From: Clostridiales bacterium UBA1770
Lineage (GTDB): Bacteria; Bacillota; Clostridia; Oscillospirales; CAG-272
Assembly (NCBI GenBank): GCA_002315325.1
Contig: DCGU01000090.1
Location: 12,995-76,994, forward strand
Length of the DNA: 64,000 bases
Reading direction: 5' to 3'
The notes beneath the pieces are model-generated. The model ran no database searches. It was not told the DNA's origin and saw only the letters and a program-made list of their open reading frames with translations. The translations under genes were made by a program, and so were the position numbers. Of the stretch, positions 39,509 through 50,762 are shown in pieces. Positions within the stretch are counted from its first letter, which is position 1. Each line of letters opens with the position of its first letter.

Positions 39509-39537
39509 ATTATACCATATTCAAGTACGCAGTGCAA
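39509..39537 (-). promoter_or_regulatory. Promoter upstream of ispE (about 200-nt leader)
   Basis: Minus strand: TTGCAC (39532-39537), 17 nt, TGgTATAAT (39509-39514). Confidence 0.5.
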
Positions 39538-39579
39538 GAACAGACCGTTATCTCCCGTACCGATTCACGTATACCGCTA

Positions 39580-39608
39580 TTGACTTTTTATATAAAGTGT
39601 ATTAGAAT
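39580..39608 (+). promoter_or_regulatory. Promoter for the AI-2E transporter gene
   Basis: TTGACT (39580-39585), 17 nt, TAGAAT (39603-39608). Confidence 0.55.
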
Positions 39609-39642
39609 AATTATGTAATATTATTTTTCGCAGAGGTGTCCG

Positions 39643-40923
39643 ATGCGCACAGGAAAATGGGAAAAAGAGAATAAGAAAACTTCCTTTATCACCATAACCA
39701 TCTATGCCGTATTATGGTTTATTTTGTATATTGTCGCCAACATTGACGCGTTTACGAATATTCTGAACGGCATTTTGAAAATCTTATCCCCTCTGATTAT
39801 CGGTACCACCGTTGCGTTTCTGTTCAACCCCGTTATGCGGGCGTTTGACGATCGTGTCTTCCGACGGGTACCGTGGAAACGCCTGCGGCGTATTTTGAGC
39901 ATTCTCGTCACCTATTTGATTGCCGCACTTGTTATCGCGTTGTTTGCTTTTTTGATTATTCCCGAACTGAGTTCAAGCATAAACGAGTTGTTTTCCAACT
40001 TTGATAACTACGTCACCAACGTCGTCAATTCGGCAAACAAAATTCTGAACAATCTTCTTTCCAAAGGTAATGCAACCTATCGCGAATATATCAACCCCGA
40101 CGATATCACGGAAAAGCTTTCTTCCATTTTATCCGGTACCGGGACGCTGCTGGAAACCCTGTACGATTACGCACAGCAATACGGCGGCAAGCTGGTCACG
40201 AGTCTGTCGAACATCGTTATCGGTCTGTTTATTTCGGTCTATTTGCTTGCATCCAAAGAACAACGATTCGCACAATGCCGCAAAATCGGTCACGCCTTTC
40301 TTTCTGACGAACGGTACGGCGGGTTATCCTCAACGCTGAAAATGACAGGCCGGTTGTTCGGTAATTTCATTGAAGGGAAAGTGGTTGATTCCCTGATTAT
40401 CGGTGTTTTGACCTATATCGTTCTGACCATCTTCCGTATGCCCTATACGGCATTGATATCCGTTGTCGTAGGCTTTACCAACGTCATTCCTTATTTCGGT
40501 CCCATCATAGGTGCCGTCCCCTCTGCCTTCATCATTTTGATCGCAGAGCCGGCCAAAGCCATCCCGTTCCTCATCATTATTTTGGTAATCCAGCAACTTG
40601 ACGGCAACGTCATCGGCCCGCGCATTTTGGGTGATAATACGGGTCTGTCTTCCCTCGGCATTATTTTGTCCATTGCCATTATGAGCGGTCTGTTCGGCAT
40701 CGTCGGTATGTTAATCGGTGTTCCGGTTTGCGCCGTCCTTGTCATTCTGTTCACGCAGTTCATCAACGCTAAATTGACGCAAAAAGGAAAAAGCAGCAAT
40801 ATTTCGGACTATTACCCGCCCAAGGCAGACCAAACAGAACAGCTGCCTGCCGGCACTGAAACACAGGCAAACGATTGCACCGAAACCGCTGCAGCCCCTG
40901 CAGGAAACGTCCGTAACGATTGA
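39643..40923 (+). CDS. AI-2E family transporter (PerM/UPF0118)
   Basis: Protein with about 8 TM helices and the typical C-terminal region (IPYFGPIIGAVP...QQLDGNVIGPRILG). Confidence 0.85.
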   Translation: MRTGKWEKENKKTSFITITIYAVLWFILYIVANIDAFTNILNGILKILSPLIIGTTVAFLFNPVMRAFDDRVFRRVPWKRLRRILSILVTYLIAALVIALFAFLIIPELSSSINELFSNFDNYVTNVVNSANKILNNLLSKGNATYREYINPDDITEKLSSILSGTGTLLETLYDYAQQYGGKLVTSLSNIVIGLFISVYLLASKEQRFAQCRKIGHAFLSDERYGGLSSTLKMTGRLFGNFIEGKVVDSLIIGVLTYIVLTIFRMPYTALISVVVGFTNVIPYFGPIIGAVPSAFIILIAEPAKAIPFLIIILVIQQLDGNVIGPRILGDNTGLSSLGIILSIAIMSGLFGIVGMLIGVPVCAVLVILFTQFINAKLTQKGKSSNISDYYPPKADQTEQLPAGTETQANDCTETAAAPAGNVRND

Positions 40924-41009
40924 TTTTTCCGGAATCAGCTTCCGATAGCGGCATTGTTTCCTTTTGGCTGTTTGCAGCTTTCACTGCCAATTTTAAATAC
41001 AGATACGTA

Positions 41010-41050
41010 CAGACGTAAGGTTCAAGGACCTTACGTCTGCCGTGTTTTTT
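41010..41050 (+). terminator. Terminator after the AI-2E transporter gene
   Basis: CAGACGTAAGG-loop-CCTTACGTCTG followed by CGTGTTTTTT. Confidence 0.75.
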
Positions 41051-41103
41051 CACAATATGCAGAAAATTATTTTTGAGCCGCCGAAGGCGGCATGGGGGTT
41101 ACT

Positions 41104-41355
41104 ATGAAACACATTACTTACAGTACACGCGGCACATGTGCACGTCAGATTGACGTAGATATTGAAGACGGTATCATCGTTAATTGTTCCTTTATGGGCG
41201 GGTGTTCCGGCAATACGCAGGGGGTTGCTGCTCTTGTTACGGGCATGAAGGCAGAAGATGCCATTGCCAAACTCAAGGGCATCCGTTGCGGTGCCAAATC
41301 CACGTCATGCCCCGACCAATTGGCCAAAGCATTAGAGGAGTATACGCAGGCATGA
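41104..41355 (+). CDS. TSCPD-domain small protein (TIGR03905-like, 83 aa)
   Basis: GTCARQIDVDIEDGII....F.GGCSGNTQGV...G......I..L.GIRCG.K.TSCPDQLA cysteine pattern. Confidence 0.75.
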   Translation: MKHITYSTRGTCARQIDVDIEDGIIVNCSFMGGCSGNTQGVAALVTGMKAEDAIAKLKGIRCGAKSTSCPDQLAKALEEYTQA

Positions 41356-43073
41356 ATTATTTGGATCAATATCGCCGCTGGCTCAACAGTGACAAACTGT
41401 CCGCACAAGAGCGTGACGAACTGAAATCAATTGAAAACAATCCCACGGAAATAAAAGAAAGATTTTCCGCCCAAATGACGTTCGGCACGGGCGGTCTGCG
41501 CAGCACAATGAAGGTGGGGTTGGCCAACATGAACCGTCACACCGTTGCCCATGCAACGCAGGGACTGGCCAATCTGATAAACGAGCAAAACCGCGGTGCC
41601 GACGGCGTTGTGATTGCCCATGATTGCCGCAATCATTCCACTGAATTTGCCGAAGTGTGCGCAAGGGTTTTATATGCGAACGGCATTCGCGTTTATATGT
41701 TCGATGCATTGCGCCCCACGCCGGAACTGTCTTTTTCGCTGCGCCATTATCATTGCGTTGCCGGCATCAACATCACTGCCTCTCACAACCCCAAGCAATA
41801 CAACGGCTATAAAGCATATTGGGAGGACGGTGCCCAGCTCCCGCCCGAACACGCTGAAACCGTGGCCGCCGCCATTGCTTCTCTTGACGTTTTTGACGAC
41901 GTAAAAATCGGCGACCTGAACGAAGGCATTCAAACCGGGAAAATACGCATTTTGGGCGCCGAAACCGACGAACTGTACCTTGACGTTGTCAGCCGCGAGG
42001 CAGTCAATCCTGTAGCTGTCAAGGCCGTTGCGGATACGTTCTCCGTCGTATATACGCCGCTTCACGGAACAGGCTATCACCTTGTTCCCGAGATTTTACA
42101 CCGTCAGGGCTTTAAAAACGTGTATACGGTAGCGGAACAATGTATCATTGACGGCAATTTCCCAACCGTTGAAAAACCAAATCCCGAATACCCTGCCGCC
42201 TTTGTACTCGGTCGGGAATTGGCGGACCGTGTTGGCAGCGATTTGATTGTTGCCACCGATCCGGATGCCGACCGTGTCGGCGTGATGACGCGCAAAAAGG
42301 ACGGCACTTTCTGTACGATTACCGGCAACCAAATGGGCGCCCTCCTGCTTGACTATATTATCCGCGCCCATGAAGAAAACGGCACCATGCCGCCGGAACC
42401 GTACGTCGTTAAATCAATCGTATCCACCTCATTGGTCAAAAAGATTTGTGAGGCACACGGTGTAAAACTGTACGACGTATTGACCGGCTTCAAATTTATC
42501 GGCGAAGTCATGGAAAAACACGTTCAAAGCGGGCACGGCAGTTTCCTGCTCGGCTTTGAAGAAAGTTACGGGTATTTAAAAGGCACGTATGCACGCGACA
42601 AAGACGCCGTGGTTGCTGCCATGCTGATTTGCGAAATGGCCGCCTATTACAAAACAAAGGGTATCAGCTTATACGAGGCATTGGAGCGCCTGTTTGCCGA
42701 GTACGGTTTCCATTTGGAACAGAACGACGAGATTTACATGGAGGGCCTTGACGGCAGTGCGAAAATCGCCGCCATGATGGACAGTCTCCGCAAACGTCCG
42801 CCCGTATCGTTCGGCTGCAGCAAAGTGGCCAAAATCGGCGATTATCTATCCGGTACGTTCATCGACTTTGTCACCGGGGAAAAAACACCGACAGGACTTC
42901 CCTCCTCCAACGTATTGTATTTTCTGCTGGAAAATAAAGACGTCATCGTCGCCCGCCCCAGCGGTACGGAACCCAAGATCAAGTTTTATTTCCTGCTGTC
43001 CGGCAAGACACCTGCTGAAACCGAAGAAAAATTGGTCGGCTACCAGACAACCCTAAACGGTTATAAGAATTAA
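41352..43073 (+). CDS. Phospho-sugar mutase (phosphoglucomutase/phosphomannomutase family, 573 aa)
   Basis: FGTGGLR, TASHNPKQYNGYK (active-site Ser), DPDADR, GFEESYG, RPSGTEPKIKFY. The ATG overlaps the TSCPD stop (ATGA). Confidence 0.9.
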   Translation: MNYLDQYRRWLNSDKLSAQERDELKSIENNPTEIKERFSAQMTFGTGGLRSTMKVGLANMNRHTVAHATQGLANLINEQNRGADGVVIAHDCRNHSTEFAEVCARVLYANGIRVYMFDALRPTPELSFSLRHYHCVAGINITASHNPKQYNGYKAYWEDGAQLPPEHAETVAAAIASLDVFDDVKIGDLNEGIQTGKIRILGAETDELYLDVVSREAVNPVAVKAVADTFSVVYTPLHGTGYHLVPEILHRQGFKNVYTVAEQCIIDGNFPTVEKPNPEYPAAFVLGRELADRVGSDLIVATDPDADRVGVMTRKKDGTFCTITGNQMGALLLDYIIRAHEENGTMPPEPYVVKSIVSTSLVKKICEAHGVKLYDVLTGFKFIGEVMEKHVQSGHGSFLLGFEESYGYLKGTYARDKDAVVAAMLICEMAAYYKTKGISLYEALERLFAEYGFHLEQNDEIYMEGLDGSAKIAAMMDSLRKRPPVSFGCSKVAKIGDYLSGTFIDFVTGEKTPTGLPSSNVLYFLLENKDVIVARPSGTEPKIKFYFLLSGKTPAETEEKLVGYQTTLNGYKN

Positions 43074-43162
43074 TTCCCGACCTACAGCCGGACGACACTT
43101 TTAAACGTCTTTTTCACGCCGCAATGCCATTTTTGTCAGAATCAAAAATGAATCAGAATAAT

Positions 43163-43203
43163 AAAAATACGCGTTTTGCCGGTGGCAAAACGCGTATTTT
43201 TAT
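43163..43203. terminator. Bidirectional terminator (mutase / dxs)
   Basis: AAAAATACGCGTTTTGCC-GGTG-GCAAAACGCGTATTTTT. Confidence 0.8.
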
Positions 43204-43210
43204 TGATTTA

Positions 43211-45091
43211 TCACGATAGCTCGTCAATGATTTTGTCGCAGATGCTCTTTGCGTCAACACCGGCCGTTTCCCATATCGTTTTACCTGCCTGTGCATTGAC
43301 AAACGGATTTTCGGTTCCGATGGAGAAAAAACGGTTTGGCATAACGCCGACTGCCGCATTGGCCAACTGCATACCAAACCCGCCGCATTGAATTTCTTCT
43401 TCGACACAAAATAACGGCACATCGACACAAACCGTTTGTGCAAGAACGCGCACCGTTTCGGCATACGGGGAAAGCTGCGTCAATAACAGAACCTCCGCGC
43501 AGATTCCCTTCTCAGCCAACAGTTTTCTGGCCGCAAGCGCCGTGTCCGCCATACGGCCGTGAACAACAATCCAAGCGTCCAAATGCTGCGGCACAGTCAA
43601 CGGTACACATACAGGATGCGCGGTTACGTCCGAAAAATATTGCATCGTCTCAGCATTTTCCCGACCGTTGGGATACCGAATTGCCACAGGTGCGTTTTGC
43701 CGCAACGCTTCATTCAGGTCATTTTTTAAATCCGAAAACGCATACGGTGTCAGGACCCGAACGTTGGGGAGCGAAGCAAAAAACGACACGTCAAAAATAC
43801 CGTGATGCGTAGGACCGTCCGCACCGTTGAGGCCGGCACGATCAATACAAAACGTAACGGGCAAAGACTGCAAGGCAACGTCATGAATCACCTGGTCGAA
43901 CGCACGTTGTAAAAACGTTGAATAGAGCGCAACGTAGGGTCGATAGCCGGATGCCGCAAGACCGGCAGCAAAGGTGACCGCGTGCTCTTCCGCCATGCCG
44001 ACGTCAAAAAAGCGTTTGGGATACGCCGATGCAAAAGAAGAAAGGCCTGTTCCGTCTGCCATGGCGGCTGTCACAGCACAAACACGGTCATCCTTCGCAG
44101 CCAGTTCGGACAAAGACGCACCGAACACGCCGGAATAATTGACCTTTGCATCGGAATCTCCCGCCGCCGACGCGCTTTGGGCCGGCACGGAATGATATTT
44201 TCCCGGAGCTTGTTCTGCCGGTTCATATCCTTTTCCTTTTTTCGTTTTGATATGAATTAAGCAGCTGACACCTTGGCGCATCGCCTCATGCAAAACGGTT
44301 TCCACGGCACGATAATCATTGCCGTCGACAGGTCCGAGATAATACAGCCCCATATTTTCAAAGTAATTACTGTTATACAACCGGTTCTTCAGGTTCTTTT
44401 TCATTTTGGACAACCAACCGGAAAGCGGTCTGCCGACAACCGGCAGTCGTGCCAAAAATGATTTTAAACCCGCTTTGCTTTTATAGTAGGAAGAATTGCG
44501 CAGCTTGGTCAGCATACCGGCAAATTTCCCCGTATTCGGTGAAATTGACATCTCGTTCTCATTGAGAATAACCATTAAATGAAGATTGCGGTCACAATTA
44601 TTCAACGCTTCGTGAACCATACCGCCGGTATATGCGCCGTCACCGATAACGGCAACGGTCCAATACGAATCACCGCGGAGTTGATCCGCCCGGGCAAATC
44701 CGAGTGCGGCCGACAGTGCCGTGGAACCGTGCCCGGTTCCGAATACGTCGTACGGACTTTCCGTACGACGCGGGAAACCGCCGACGCCGCCGGGTTTGCG
44801 TAACGTATCAAACTCATTCAATCTGCCGCTGAGCAGTTTATGAACGTACGCTTGATGCCCAACGTCCCAAATAATACGATCTTCCCCGATCCGCAGACAG
44901 CGATACAGCGCCAAAGTCAACTCAACGACACCGAGATTGGAGGCCAAATGGCCGCCGTTTTCGCACACGGTATCAACGAGACAGGAACGGATTTCACGGC
45001 AAAGCGGCTCCAATTCATCCACACCCAAGGCGCGCACGTCATCCGGCTGACGGATTCGTGACAGTATCGGATACACTTCATTATTGTTCAT
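43211..45091 (-). CDS. dxs: 1-deoxy-D-xylulose-5-phosphate synthase
   Basis: GGHLASNLGVVELT, WDVGHQAY.HK, GDGAYTGGM ThDP motif, DRAGL.GADGPTHHG. Confidence 0.95.
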   Translation of the reverse strand: MNNNEVYPILSRIRQPDDVRALGVDELEPLCREIRSCLVDTVCENGGHLASNLGVVELTLALYRCLRIGEDRIIWDVGHQAYVHKLLSGRLNEFDTLRKPGGVGGFPRRTESPYDVFGTGHGSTALSAALGFARADQLRGDSYWTVAVIGDGAYTGGMVHEALNNCDRNLHLMVILNENEMSISPNTGKFAGMLTKLRNSSYYKSKAGLKSFLARLPVVGRPLSGWLSKMKKNLKNRLYNSNYFENMGLYYLGPVDGNDYRAVETVLHEAMRQGVSCLIHIKTKKGKGYEPAEQAPGKYHSVPAQSASAAGDSDAKVNYSGVFGASLSELAAKDDRVCAVTAAMADGTGLSSFASAYPKRFFDVGMAEEHAVTFAAGLAASGYRPYVALYSTFLQRAFDQVIHDVALQSLPVTFCIDRAGLNGADGPTHHGIFDVSFFASLPNVRVLTPYAFSDLKNDLNEALRQNAPVAIRYPNGRENAETMQYFSDVTAHPVCVPLTVPQHLDAWIVVHGRMADTALAARKLLAEKGICAEVLLLTQLSPYAETVRVLAQTVCVDVPLFCVEEEIQCGGFGMQLANAAVGVMPNRFFSIGTENPFVNAQAGKTIWETAGVDAKSICDKIIDELS

Positions 45092-45127
45092 TTCGGAAAT
45101 CCTCCTTCCCTCTTTTTTAACCTGTTC

Positions 45128-45156
45128 ATTATACCATACAAGAAAATATAAATCAA
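45128..45156 (-). promoter_or_regulatory. Promoter for dxs
   Basis: Minus strand: TTGATT (45151-45156), 17 nt, TGgTATAAT (45128-45133). Confidence 0.55.
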
Positions 45157-45179
45157 CTGTGGTTTTTTTAAAATAAGTG

Positions 45180-45208
45180 TTGACAAATCAGAATCGGTTT
45201 GATATAAT
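45180..45208 (+). promoter_or_regulatory. Promoter for tRNA-Thr
   Basis: TTGACA (45180-45185), 17 nt, TATAAT (45203-45208). Confidence 0.65.
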
Positions 45209-45233
45209 ATACGGGTACTTGAGAGTACGGCTT

Positions 45234-45309
45234 GCTGGTATGGCTCAGTCGGTAGAGCACGTCATTGGTAATGACGAGGTCATCAGTTCGATTCTGATTA
45301 CCAGCTCCA
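45234..45309 (+). tRNA. tRNA-Thr (anticodon GGU), 76 nt, CCA encoded
   Basis: GCTGGTA acceptor / TACCAGC-T-CCA, D-arm GCTC-AGTCGGTA-GAGC, anticodon stem CGTCA/TGACG with loop TTGGTAA, T-arm ATCAG-TTCGATT-CTGAT. Confidence 0.92.
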
Positions 45310-45337
45310 GGCGGATGATTTCATCCGCCTTTTTTTA
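45310..45337 (+). terminator. Terminator after tRNA-Thr
   Basis: GGCGGATGA-TT-TCATCCGCC followed by TTTTTTT. Confidence 0.8.
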
Positions 45338-45342
45338 TTGCA

Positions 45343-45371
45343 TTGACACTTTGCTTTAAAATATATATAAT
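45343..45371 (+). promoter_or_regulatory. Promoter for the GH2 gene
   Basis: TTGACA (45343-45348), 17 nt, TATAAT (45366-45371). Confidence 0.6.
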
Positions 45372-45410
45372 ATATAATAACTATAAAATCAAAACTGCAA
45401 AGGAGAATGA

Positions 45411-48482
<3,072 letters not shown>

Positions 48483-48499
48483 AAATATAATCCCATCTG

Positions 48500-48538
48500 A
48501 AAAAAGCCGATGAAACGTCCGTTTCATCGGCTTTTTTT
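48500..48538 (+). terminator. Terminator after the GH2 gene
   Basis: AAAAAAGCCGATGAAACG-TC-CGTTTCATCGGCTTTTTTT. Confidence 0.85.
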
Positions 48539-48663
48539 ACGTTCGTGCAAAGCATTCTTTTATGATTTGTAAATACCGTGTGTAACGGTTCAAATGCTTT
48601 TCGTATCTTTTAAATATTACGCGTTTTTGTTTTCTCAAAGCCATTAAAATCGATTTCCCGAGA

Positions 48664-48697
48664 TATAAAAACCCGGCCGGGTTTTCACCCGGCCGGG
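48664..48697 (-). terminator. Terminator after the surface protein gene
   Basis: CCCGGCCGGG-loop-CCCGGCCGGG hairpin followed on the minus strand by UUUUUA. Confidence 0.7.
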
Positions 48698-48764
48698 AAC
48701 AATTGTTTTTATTTATGTAAGGCTAAAGGAGAACTATCGTTATCCCTTGGACGCTTAGCACAAA

Positions 48765-50693
48765 TTATTTTTTCTTAACGAACTGCAGAACGATACCGGC
48801 AGCGGCAACAACGATAGCAACTACAGCCAGGATTACAGGCAGAGTGGTGTTGGCAGCTTCAGGGATTTCGGTCTTCAGAGCGTAGCCGGACAGATCCTGA
48901 GCAGCAGGGATGTCGGACTTCTTAGCGTAGCCGGACAGATCCTGAGCAGCGGGAATGTCGGACAGTTTAGCATACTCGGAGAGATCGAACTCACCGAGAG
49001 CTTCGTCAACGTAGTCGGAGATCATCATATCGACAGCGTCAGCGGTTAGAGCGTCAGCCTTCATCTGAGCTTTCTTAGCCAGAGCGCCGGCAACCTGAGC
49101 AACGTCAGCAGCGGACATAGCCTTCTCTTCGTAGTCGAATGCGCCAACGAAGATTACGTTGAACTGAGACTGAGGATTGGACCAGTAGGAGGACAAACCA
49201 CCAAGGTTGGTGTATTCATCACGACCCTGAACACCATTGGGGTCACGGTAGTCGTCTACAGAAGACTCAATACCCATGATGTGACCAACAACAGCGGTCT
49301 CAGCAGTCAGAGTGAAGTAAGGAACGAAACCTTCAATGGTGTAACCAGCATTGTCAGCCCAGATGGTACCTGCAAACTTGCAAGCATCGTTCTTAACGAG
49401 AGCGGAACCATCGTTTACACGGCCCAGAGGGTCAATACCGAACCAGTATTCACCGTATTCGGAAATCTTGGAGAGTTCTGCAGCGTAAGCAGAAGGAGCC
49501 TTTTCATGACCCCAAGTCTCGGTTACGTTGATGTTGATATGGTCGTCCATACCCGTGCCGGCATATGCCAGAGCGGTATCAACAACGGAACCCAGGTAGT
49601 AAATACCTGCGTCACTCCACAACATAGCGATGTAACCATAAGCAGACCACAGCGGGTCATCGATTTCGTTGTAGTGGTAGATCTTAGCGGTGGTGCCCCA
49701 AACGGAGTCGATAACACCGTCAACTACGGGAGCATCTTCAGCTGCAACGTAGGAAGCGTATGCCAACTGCTTGGGCATATAGCCGTAACGAGGCAGAGGA
49801 TTGCCCTTGGAGTCGTAAGTGGTGATGTAGAAATCGTAATCAGCAAGCTTATCAGCCTGGTCTTCAGACGGCTCGAAGCTCAGCAGTTCTACACCGGAGT
49901 TGTTGGTAACAACCTTAAGCTCTGCTTCCTTAGCATAGATTTCACGGTTTGCTCTGGAAACACCGGTTACCTGAGAGTCATCCCACCAAGTAACGGAACC
50001 ATACTCGGCACCATTCAGAGTGGTAACGTCTACGCAGTAAGGCATAGAGAACTCAACCTTAGCACCGTTCAACGTGAAGTACAAACCGATCAGGTCGTTT
50101 GCCTTGGTGGTCGGGCACTTGTAGTCACCCTTAGAACCGGCAATAGCGATTCTGATGGTCAAGTCATGATCGGCAGCGATCCATTCGCCGGCTTCATTCT
50201 TGGACTTGTAGTTAACGGTGAGGGTCTTCGCCGTCTTGTAAGCACCGAAGGTGTCCTCGTGGTCACCCTGGGTTCTTTCCTGAACGAAACCGTACCAGGT
50301 CCAAACGTCAGCTTCATCAGTGTAATACTGATAAGGAACGAAGATTTCAACGCCTGCCTCGGAAGCGGCATATTCAATGCCCTTAACTTCTGAGGTAACA
50401 GCGCCTCCGACAACAGCGACAGTCCATGCGGTTGCAGCTTCAGCTTCAACAACCGTGAAGGTAACGTCAGCTGCTACTGCGAAATAGAAACCGTCGTCAG
50501 ACCACAGGGTCTTAACGCCGTCGATGGCCTGCGTGGAACCCCAAGCGAGTTCGTTTGCAATACCATCAATAGTGGGTACGGAAGCAGCGGGTACGTAACC
50601 GGCTTTTCCGTTCTCGTCAGCGCTGACAAACAGTGTCATGCAGGACACTACCATCAGAACTGCGAGAAGAAGTGCGAATACATTCTTCTTCAT
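48765..50693 (-). CDS. Secreted, C-terminally membrane-anchored surface protein with putative carbohydrate-binding (CBM9/DOMON-like) modules and 3 x 15-aa repeats
   Basis: Signal peptide (MKKNVFALLLAVLMVV...VSA/DE). Two 'P.(I/V)DG.....W' module openings. Repeats of DLSxYAxKxDIPAAQ. The terminal TM helix ends in KKK. Strong AAAGGAG SD. Confidence 0.7.
   Translation of the reverse strand: MKKNVFALLLAVLMVVSCMTLFVSADENGKAGYVPAASVPTIDGIANELAWGSTQAIDGVKTLWSDDGFYFAVAADVTFTVVEAEAATAWTVAVVGGAVTSEVKGIEYAASEAGVEIFVPYQYYTDEADVWTWYGFVQERTQGDHEDTFGAYKTAKTLTVNYKSKNEAGEWIAADHDLTIRIAIAGSKGDYKCPTTKANDLIGLYFTLNGAKVEFSMPYCVDVTTLNGAEYGSVTWWDDSQVTGVSRANREIYAKEAELKVVTNNSGVELLSFEPSEDQADKLADYDFYITTYDSKGNPLPRYGYMPKQLAYASYVAAEDAPVVDGVIDSVWGTTAKIYHYNEIDDPLWSAYGYIAMLWSDAGIYYLGSVVDTALAYAGTGMDDHININVTETWGHEKAPSAYAAELSKISEYGEYWFGIDPLGRVNDGSALVKNDACKFAGTIWADNAGYTIEGFVPYFTLTAETAVVGHIMGIESSVDDYRDPNGVQGRDEYTNLGGLSSYWSNPQSQFNVIFVGAFDYEEKAMSAADVAQVAGALAKKAQMKADALTADAVDMMISDYVDEALGEFDLSEYAKLSDIPAAQDLSGYAKKSDIPAAQDLSGYALKTEIPEAANTTLPVILAVVAIVVAAAGIVLQFVKKK
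48852..48986 (-). repeat. 3 x 45-bp in-frame tandem repeat inside the surface protein gene
   Basis: Units 48942-48986, 48897-48941 and 48852-48896 encode DLSEYAKLSDIPAAQ / DLSGYAKKSDIPAAQ / DLSGYALKTEIPEAA. Confidence 0.9.
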
Positions 50694-50762
50694 AAATGTA
50701 CTTCTCCTTTATTTATTTTGCAGGGTTAAGTGGCCCTTTCAGACCATTACCTTACGCTCAAT

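Noticed and set aside
45362-45375. Shared 14-mer TATATATAATATAT at the GH2 promoter and at 50892-50905, considered as a common operator for carbohydrate genes.
   Set aside because: It is low-complexity TA sequence overlapping -10 boxes. A chance match is plausible in AT-rich intergenic DNA. It is kept only as a note inside the 50.8-51.1 kb finding.
48664-48697. Twin palindromic CCCGGCCGGG units considered as a REP/MITE-like mobile repeat.
   Set aside because: It is a single occurrence. It forms a simple hairpin followed by a U-run exactly downstream of the surface protein stop, so it is an ordinary intrinsic terminator.
48852-48986. 45-bp tandem DNA repeats considered as a CRISPR-like or minisatellite array.
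   Set aside because: The repeats are contiguous with no spacers. They are in frame within a long ORF and translate to a coherent 15-aa protein repeat.
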